Below are positions 63,145 through 64,000 of a stretch of 64,000 nucleotides of DNA, piece after piece (the stretch's first letter is position 1; each line of letters opens with the position of its first letter). Below the pieces are notes generated by a model that saw only the letters and a program-made list of their open reading frames with translations, had not been told where the DNA came from and made no database searches. The translations under genes and the position numbers were made by a program. Source of the stretch: Escherichia coli (lineage in GTDB: Bacteria > Pseudomonadota > Gammaproteobacteria > Enterobacterales > Enterobacteriaceae); NCBI RefSeq assembly GCF_044324785.1, contig NZ_CP172127.1; one strand, 5' to 3'.

Positions 63145-64000
63145 TGGATTTATCGCTATTAAAAGCGTTGAGCGAGGCAGATGCGATCGCCTCCTCGGAA
63201 CAGGAAGTACGGCAGATCCTGCTGGAAGAAGCGGATCTCCTGCAAAAAGAAGTGCGATTTGACGGCCTGGGATCGGTGCTGATCCGCCTCAATGAATCGA
63301 CAGGTCCGAAGGTGATGATCTGTGCGCATATGGATGAAGTGGGATTTATGGTGCGCAGCATCTCCCGCGAAGGGGCGATTGATGTGCTGCCAGTTGGCAA
63401 CGTGCGCATGGCTGCCCGCCAGCTGCAGCCGGTGCGTATCACCACCCGTGAAGAGTGCAAAATTCCCGGTCTGCTTGATGGCGACCGGCAGGGAAATGAC
63501 GTCAGCACCATGCGCGTGGACATTGGCGCTCGCTCGTATGACGAAGTGATGCAGGCGGGAATTCGTCCAGGCGATCGCGTCACCTTTGATACCACTTTTC
63601 AGGTTCTCCCTCACCAGCGGGTAATGGGGAAAGCGTTTGATGATCGCCTCGGTTGCTACCTGCTGGTGACGTTACTGCGCGAACTACACAGCGCCGAACT
63701 GCCTGCGGAAGTGTGGCTGGTGGCCACCTCCAGCGAAGAGGTGGGATTACGCGGCGGGCAAACCGCTACCCGTGCGGTTTCACCGGACGTTGCGATTGTG
63801 CTGGATACCGCCTGCTGGGCGAAAAACTTTGATTATGGCGCGGCTAACCATCGCCAGATTGGTAACGGGCCGATGCTGGTATTAAGCGACAAGTCGCTGA
63901 TTGCGCCGCCAAAACTTACCGCGTGGATTGAAACCGTGGCGGCAGAAATTGGCGTACCGTTGCAGGCGGATATGTTCAGCAACGGCGGCACAGATGGCGG
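63145..64000 (+). CDS. ypdE: M42-family aminopeptidase (5' partial, runs off the window end)
   Basis: ATG at 63145 overlapping the ypdF stop; translation [51 protein letters not shown]... Confidence 0.8.

Overview
This 64 kb window reads as conserved Escherichia coli-type core chromosome, not an accessory island, and I do not see a convincing previously undescribed system in it. All gene names below come from my recognition of the translated ORFs and K-12 gene order from memory; no database search was run.

Gene order (window + strand is the reverse of K-12 orientation): nudK, ypfG, tktB-talA (minus), maeB, the complete 17-gene ethanolamine-utilisation microcompartment operon eutSPQTDMNEJGHABCLKR, hemF-amiA (minus), ypeA, yfeZ, yfeY, yfeX, murP-murQ (minus), murR, ucpA, cysPUWAM, yfeK-like ORF (minus), pdxK, crr-ptsI-ptsH (minus), cysK, cysZ (minus), zipA, ligA, ypeB, yfeH (minus), yfeR, a small Q-rich ORF (minus), tRNA-Lys plus three tRNA-Val (minus), gltX, yfeD-yfeC (minus), two tRNA-Ala, pdeA/yfeA, nupC (minus), mntH, ypeC, yfeO (minus), glk, fryB, fryC, ypdF and the 5' part of ypdE.

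No transposase, integrase, CRISPR array or prophage is visible.

The most interesting signals are gene-content differences from the K-12 arrangement as I remember it:
- the eut operon is uninterrupted (no prophage between eutA and eutB);
- a 113-aa Q-rich coiled-coil (FlxA-like) ORF sits beside the tRNA cluster where K-12 carries xapR-xapB-xapA-yfeN;
- a 29-codon remnant of a secreted protein sits where yfeW (PBP4B) is expected;
- cysM and the yfeK-like ORF converge with a 2-bp gap where K-12 has yfeS.

Smaller observations: a hairpin plus U-tract between eutM and eutN, a GC-rich repeat present twice (once inside the eut operon), REP elements, and Fur/MntR boxes upstream of mntH.
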